DNA from: Octopus vulgaris
Taxonomy: Eukaryota
DNA: 64,000 nt
Assembly: GCA_951406725.2 (NCBI GenBank)
Contig: OX597839.1
Coordinates: 1,240,001-1,304,000 of the forward strand
Reading direction: 5' to 3'
The translations under genes were made by a program, and so were the position numbers. Positions 57,380-64,000 of the stretch are shown here, piece after piece. Below the pieces are notes generated by a model, which was not told the origin of the DNA, did no database searches, and worked only from the letters and a program-made list of their open reading frames with translations. Position 1 is the first letter of the stretch, and the number at the start of each line of letters is the position of its first letter.

Positions 57380-58030
57380 TATATTCAACATATTCCCCTC
57401 TCTGTCTGCATTGGTTGTCACATTTTACTGCTTTTCCTGCATGTCTATCCCTTTTTTGCATCAGGTACATCGTTGGTATTTCCTCTTCCTCGATTGCAAG
57501 TGCTTGCCCTTCAAAGTGGGAGGTGGTAATCCAGCTATTGGTCGATGATAAACTGCTTTAATGACCGATGTTCCTATCACCACGGTGTTTCTTACTGATA
57601 TATCCATGCATAGAGTTCTGCTCATATAGGCTCATCCTTTCATCTGATATGTTGCGTTAGAGTCGTGTGACTTCTTTGGGCATGTATTATAGGTTATCAT
57701 ACAAAGTGTGTTGCTCAAGGAGCTGCCTTCCATGACTTATGATATTATCAGCCTCATGTATGCAAACTTGGTCAAGAGATGCACTTCTACACTTTCTGGT
57801 TAAAAGATGTTGCTGAAGGGATATGATGCGGCATTCAAACGAATTTTGGATCGATGTTAAGCCTCTGCCGCCTTGTTTTCGTCTTTGGTAGAGGCGGTCT
57901 ACGTCACTATTTATGTTGAAATTATATGTGATTCTTAGTACCTTTCGGGTTTTCACATCAAGAGTCCAATCAAGCAACCCAAATGTTGGTATGAGTGCTG
58001 GAACAGGAAAAAAATTGTGAGCCACTGTTT
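57380..58030 (-). mobile_element. R4/Dong-like LINE fragment
   Basis: LDVKTRKVL..NSDVDRLY..RKQGGRGLTSI. Confidence 0.7.
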
Positions 58031-58123
58031 CATTGAATGCAGAGAGTACGTACGTACTTACGTGTGTATGTATGTATGTATGTATGTACGGAGGTACGTA
58101 TGTAAGTATGCGTCTGTGTGTGC

Positions 58124-58185
<62 letters not shown>

Positions 58186-58196
58186 ATATTAAATGA

Positions 58197-58426
58197 AGGC
58201 GCGTGGATTAGTGGTTAGGGTAATCGGCTCACGATCTCAAGGCCGTGAGTTCGATTACCAACGGCGCGTTGTGTCCTTGACCAACTCACGTTATTTCACA
58301 TTGTTCCAAAAATGAGTGGACCTGAATTTCAAAGAGCCAGTCTTGTAACACTCTTTGTCATGTTGAATCTTTTCAGTACGGAACTCATAAGCATAAGTTT
58401 GCGAGTATTTCAAAAATATTTCCACG

Positions 58427-58477
<51 letters not shown>

Positions 58478-58805
58478 TGATTGTCCCCCCACCATCGCTT
58501 GACAACCAGTGTTGGTGTGTTTACGTCTCTGTAACTTAGTGATTCGGCAAAAGAGACAGATCGCGAGGATTTCAAAAATATTCCCACGATCATCTATATA
58601 TATCATGTTTGTCCCCCCACCATCGCTTTACAACCGATGTTGGTGTGTTTACGTCTCTGTAACTTAACGATTCGGCAAAAGAGACAGATAGAATAAGTAC
58701 TAGGTTTACAAAGAATAAGTCCTGGGGTCGATTTTCTCGACTAAAGGTGGTCCTCCAGCTTGGCTCAGTCGAATGACTGAAACAAATAAAAGAATAAAAG
58801 AATAC
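58197..58805 (+). mobile_element. tRNA-derived SINE with internal duplication
   Basis: A box TGGATTAGTGG and B box GAGTTCGATT. Body duplicated at 58480-58560 and 58607-58690. Confidence 0.7.
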
Positions 58806-59472
58806 ACAGACACACGAAACACTTGTTTGTAAAGTGAATCCCCTGGTTGAGATGTTTCTCAAACGGTGTGTTATTTTCGAGTGATACTCTATAACAGTGA
58901 GAAACTAAAATAAATTCTAAAAATGATGGATATGCAATTGAAGAGCTGAAAACATTTATTTGTAGAGAAACTAAAAAAGAAAACTGGAAACCGAAAGTAT
59001 TGTAAATACGAACAGAAGAATTCTAGAGGGATATATCTGAAATAAGATATGTAAATATAATAAATTACTTGACACTTAGCAGTGATGTATTATAAATGCA
59101 CAGAAAATCGATGGAATAAACTTAGTGATAGGTTTGCAAATAGGAAAATGTTAAAAATGGAAAATAGTTATTGTGGAAAAGATATATTATATCGAACAAA
59201 CATTCTAAGCGGAAAGTTGAAACAACACAAAGAAAAATGATGGACGGAATAGTCATAAAGTAGTTTATATATTGAGAAAGCTAGGCCAACATAGCTTCGG
59301 TCGTTTCCGGAAAGTACTGATATTGCAGATATTCTGTGTGATAACGTGATGAACATAGACTTGAGAGGCCAATATGTATGGAGTGTTTACGAAATAATAA
59401 AACAAAAGACGAAGACAGGTGGTGTACAAAACAAACTGATGTATTAGTATAACGGTCAGGAATAGAAAAAGT

Positions 59473-59508
59473 CTTTTACGTTTCGAGCCTACGCTCTTCT
59501 ACAGAAAG
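59473..59508 (-). ncRNA. HHR-like minimal motif of a dispersed repeat (also 12842-12876; partial at 34681-34705)
   Basis: CTTT-CTGTAGA-a-GAGC-GTAG-GCTC-GAAA-CG-TA-AAAG; A6 of the core is replaced by U. Confidence 0.5.
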
Positions 59509-59568
59509 GGACACAGAAAAACGAAGGAGAGAAACAAGGAGAGAAAAAATGTGTATAGTGGCTAACGT

Positions 59569-59667
<99 letters not shown>

Positions 59668-59695
59668 TTTATTCAAAGCAGCAGAAAATTCAACG

Positions 59696-59741
59696 AAACC
59701 TGTTACTCTGAGTTTCACGTGAAACTCAGAGTAACAGGTTT
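59696..59741. repeat. Perfect 46-bp palindrome of HHR 3' halves
   Basis: Centre CACGTG. Each arm has GAAA-CTCAGAG-TA-ACAGG, with the same helix III as at ~56612. Confidence 0.8.
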
Positions 59742-59924
59742 TTCTGCAGAATTTTCCCCAGAAATAGCTGTTGGGTCTAAAACATCATGGCCTCTAGCCT
59801 TGGTGTTCTGTACTTTTTGTATTCCATATAGACATGTTTTGTAAAAATATAAATATTTATATGCTTATACACAAACGTTCATCTCAATCTTTTCAGATTT
59901 TGCTTCTCTATATATCCCTATATC

Positions 59925-60194
59925 CAGTGGCAGGCTGGCAGCTTGCCCGATGGCAAGTGGGCCCCTGCGCCATTAGAATCTATATATGGGGAACCATCCA
60001 CTCAAGTGTGAGAATTTTTTATACACTCCTGGAAGAATGCATTAATTATTTCAACCTGGCTGTGTTTGTAGGCAGTTGAAAATAATACTTTTAACAAAAA
60101 GAAATTAAATAGATAGGTAAATGATAGCATTATAGTTGCGGGCGGGCCCCCTTAATCTCCTGGCAACCAATGTTTTAGACCCAGTCCACCACTG
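59925..60194. mobile_element. hAT-type MITE
   Basis: Imperfect 14-bp TIRs CAGTGGCAGGCTGG / CCAGTCCACCACTG. Exact 8-bp TSD CCTATATC at 59917-59924 and 60195-60202. Confidence 0.85.
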
Positions 60195-60239
60195 CCTATA
60201 TCTATTTACATGTCTATATATGTTTGTGTATATATATCA

Positions 60240-60530
60240 CTGTGATCATCGTGACTGACCAGGCTATCAGATGTTGCTACACATCAGTGGTCAGAATGCG
60301 CTTCGCATTGTTTTAGCCTTCAAATGACGCCACCCCGCTGGCTAAGCGAGCAGGCCAACAGAAGAAAGAGAGAGAGAAAGTTGTGGCAAAAGAGTACAGC
60401 AGAGAACGCCACCACCCCCTGCCGGAGCCTCGTGGAGCTTTAGGTGTTTTCACTCAATAAACGCTCATAACGAAACTGTGATCCTCTGACCGCGAGTCCA
60501 CTGCCCTAACCACTGGGCCTTTGCGCCTCC
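60240..60530 (-). mobile_element. tRNA-derived SINE (decayed)
   Basis: Minus-strand head GGCCCAGTGGTTAGGGCAGTGGACTCGCGG. Confidence 0.55.
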
Positions 60531-60619
60531 ACGTATATTTATATATATATATGTATGTATATATGCATGTATGTATGTATGTATGTATGTATGTATGTAT
60601 GTATGTATATAAATATATG

Positions 60620-60664
<45 letters not shown>

Positions 60665-60995
60665 ATATATATATATGTATGTATATATATATATGTATGT
60701 ATGTATATATATGTATGTATGTATGTATATATATATATATATATATGTATATACTTATGCATGTATGTATCTCTCTCCCTCCTTCTCTCTCTCTCTCCCT
60801 ATATATATATGGTATAAATAAAATAATACCATATATAAATATATTATCATATAGATGGACCATTAGCAATTAAAACCTAAAGGCAAATTAATAAACAAGG
60901 GTACAAAATAGTACCAGATTGTGTTTTTGGGGCTTTTTGAGTCAATTTTTAAACTCTTATTTCTAGTAATGTTGGTACTATTTTGTACTTTTGTT

Positions 60996-61054
<59 letters not shown>

Positions 61055-61254
61055 GTTGTGCTTGAGAAGACCTGTTGAGTCAAGTGAAATTGTATTCATG
61101 GCCGATGCCAGTGCCACCTGATTGGTACCCATGCCAGTAGTACATAAAAGGCACCATTCAAGCGTGGCTGATGTCAGTGCTGCCTGACTGGCCCCAAAGC
61201 TGGTGGCATGTAAAAAGCACCATCCGAACGTGGTCGATGCCAGCACTGTCTTGA

Positions 61255-62115
61255 CTGGCACCTTCTGGAATATTCCAGCGGTTCCAAGCTGTGCTGTTTT
61301 CTGCAAGTGCTCCATCCTTATAGCAGCCCCTATTTGTTCCATGTACTTCTCGAGATTTTTACTCACTGTTCCCAGGGCTCTGACAATTATTGGTACTACT
61401 ACCACCTTTTTCATTGACCACAACTGCTTAATTTCCCAAGCTAACCTGTCATATCTTTCGACTTTTCTTTCTTCCTTATTGCATACCTTGTTGTCAGCTG
61501 GGCATGCTATATCTATGATCCAGTGTAGTTTGTTTTCTTTCTCAATTAAGACTATTTCTGACTTCCTATTCTCTATCTCATGGTCGCACTGAATCATAAA
61601 ATCCCATAGGATCTTTGCATTTCTATTTTTGACAATGCTTTCAGGTTTGTGGTTGTACCAATTTTTTGCTCTGCCAAGTCCATACTTGTTGTAAAGTGTC
61701 CAATGGACAAACCTGGCTATATTGTCGTGGCATCTCTTATATTCTTTCTCGGTTAGTAGCATACATTGTCTGGTAATAAGCCATACTGTTTCACCGTTTT
61801 GTCCACAGATTCTGCACTTATCACTTTCTGAAGTGTTGTCTATTCTGTATTTTATGTAGTTTGTTCTTAGTGCTTGCTCTTGGGCAGCACAGATTAGAGC
61901 CTCCATTTCCATTTTTAAATCACTTTTAGTCATCCACAGCCATCTTTTTCTTTATCTGTCTTATCTTCAACATCGCTATGAAATTTTCCGTGCATTCTTT
62001 TCTTTACCCACCTATTTTCAGTTTCATTCGTTTTTAATTTCTTGTATAGTGCTTTATCTTTGCAATCTTCCATCCTACACAAGCCTAACCTTCTTATAAT
62101 AGCAGTTCTATGGCA
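61255..62115 (-). mobile_element. R4/Dong-like LINE 3' region (CCHC + RLE)
   Basis: ORF 60995-61933 reads CAAQEQAL..CRICG..ILWDF..IIDIACP..KVERY..LQKTA. Confidence 0.85.
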
Positions 62116-62581
62116 TTTTTTACATATGTAAAAAAAAAAAAAATTATTATTATTATTATTCAGGCCATTGCTTGGAATCGAACTCGGAATCTTGGGGTTA
62201 GTAGCCTGCACTCTTAACCACTATGCCATATACCCATGGGTACAAGCGTAAATAATGTAAATGTAAATAATATACATAATTCCTCATCTCTTAAATATAG
62301 AACTGTATTGTTCTGATCTGTTGCAGTCTCCCTATTGCAGGTGCTCTTTCATGAATTGAAAATCCTAAAATGGATGCAACTACTTCAGATGGTCCAGTAC
62401 ACCTACCCATTAGATATTGACTAACTTCATTATCATTGTTTATTTGAATGGTAGCTTAGTCATTTCCTTTCAGTGTGTACTTTGTGATGTGCTTAACTGA
62501 CCTCATTGAGGCAACGATTTCAATGTTGCAGTGGCATTTGACTACTTTTAAAAGTGTTTCATTATCACGTACAATCTATTA

Positions 62582-62980
62582 GGCGGCGAGCTGGCAGAAG
62601 CATTAGCATGCCAGGCAAAATGCGTAGCTCTATTTCGTCTGCCGTTACGTTCTGAGTTCAAATTCCGCCGAGGTCGACTTTGCCTTTCATCCTTTCGGGG
62701 TCGATAAATTAAGTACCAGTTACGCACTGGGGTCGATGTAATCGGCTTAATCCGTTTGTCTGTCCTTGTTTAACCCCTTGTGGGTAGTAAAGAAATAGGT
62801 ATTTCGTCTGCCGTTACGTTCTGAGTTCAAATTCTGCCAAGGTCGACTTTGCCTTTCATCCTTTCGGGCTTGATAAATTAAGTACCAGTTACGCACTGGG
62901 GTCGATGTAATCGGCTTCATCCGTTTGTCTGTCCTTGTTTGTCCCCTCTGTGTTTAACCACTTGTGGGTAGTAAAGAAAT
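62582..62980 (+). mobile_element. tRNA-derived SINE with tandemly duplicated 3' part
   Basis: Same family as 56118-56340; a ~170-bp segment is repeated from ~62800. Confidence 0.8.
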
Positions 62981-63128
62981 ACATAACGCACAATCTATTT
63001 GTTGTTGTTTGTTTTCCCCATTCTTATGAGATTCAACTCCTCCAATTGCAACTGAACTTCGTCTATAAAGAGATAGTCCCTCTCTGTCTGTTCTTCTACC
63101 GTTTAATTAAGATGATAATGATATTCCA

Positions 63129-63921
63129 TCTTTATATATAAAAGTGAAGTTGTGTGTCTGTCTCCTACGATTTAGATTCCTAACTTCTCCCACATTTTGC
63201 GGTGCAGTTTAACCAAAAGCGGGTATCTTATAGTCGTGATTCATATCGAGCCCTTCTGGGTATTAGCGCGCGTCTACGATGAGTCTACGATTTAAAAAAA
63301 AATTTACCATCATTTTTTTCCATTTTAATGCGTTTTTTCGCTATTATATAAGGGAAGTAACTCTCTAAAAATGTCTATGATGAGTCAACGATTTAAAAAA
63401 AAAAATTACCATAATTTTTTTTCCGTTTTTAATGCATTTTTTGCTTTTTTTGGCTATAACTCTCTAAAAATGCTTATATAGTTATTTCCCTTACAAACCC
63501 GAGCAATGCCGGGCGATACTGCTAGTCTTTATATATAAAAGTGAACTTGTGCGTCTGTCTCCTACGATTTAGATTCCTAACTACTCCCACATTTTGCGGT
63601 GCAGTGTAACCAAAAGCGGGTATCTTATAGTCGTGATTTATATCGAGCCCTTCTGGGTATTAGCGCGCGTCTACGATGAATTTACGATTTCAAACAAAAT
63701 TTACCATAATTTTTTCCCATTTTTAATGCAATTTTTTTGCTATTATATAAGGGAAGTAACTCTCTAAAAATGTATTATTAAATCTCAGAACGTAAAAAGC
63801 TACAGTAACACGCCCCTTTGTGGTTAGCCATATTGAGATGGCTATTATACTTTACATCTCTAAAAATGCTTATATAGTTATTTCCCTTACAAATCCGAGC
63901 AACGCCGGGCGATACTGCTAG
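63129..63921 (+). mobile_element. Head-to-tail dimer of a non-autonomous Helitron
   Basis: Units 63129-63525 and 63526-63921 each run 5'-TC...CCGAGCAA(T/C)GCCGGG hairpin...CTAG-3'. Inserted between A and T. Confidence 0.85.
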
Positions 63922-64000
63922 TTTTAAATAAAATAGTAATTTTCCCCTTTAAGAAAAAAAAAATCAAGTACCCATAATTCAAAAATATCTCATTAAAATA

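Noticed and set aside
58900-59350. Possible retroelement remnant
   Set aside because: No diagnostic motif that I could read with confidence.

Overview
Repeat-saturated, gene-poor animal DNA. The SINE families and microsatellite load resemble an Octopus/cephalopod genome; this is recognition from memory, not a search. I found no convincing intact host gene. The window is a mosaic of microsatellites, tRNA-derived SINEs and decayed TEs: RTE, R4/Dong-like and CR1-like LINEs, Penelope-like elements (PLE), Gypsy, mariner/Tc1, non-autonomous Helitrons and a hAT MITE. It also holds a ~12.7-kb (ACC/GCC)-based complex satellite. The main signal is a set of type I hammerhead ribozyme (HHR) motifs from several sequence-unrelated families, almost all in non-coding elements inserted in (TA)n tracts as inverted and/or tandem copies. 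Two families form near-identical tandem arrays with one HHR per unit (481 bp at 31.3-33.8 kb; ~490 bp at 25.0-26.5 kb). This is the architecture of PLE pseudo-LTRs and of circular-RNA-producing non-LTR retrozymes. Several families share a CCGANGA (U4C) core variant. Coordinates were read by eye and may be off by a few bases, more so for decayed TE boundaries.
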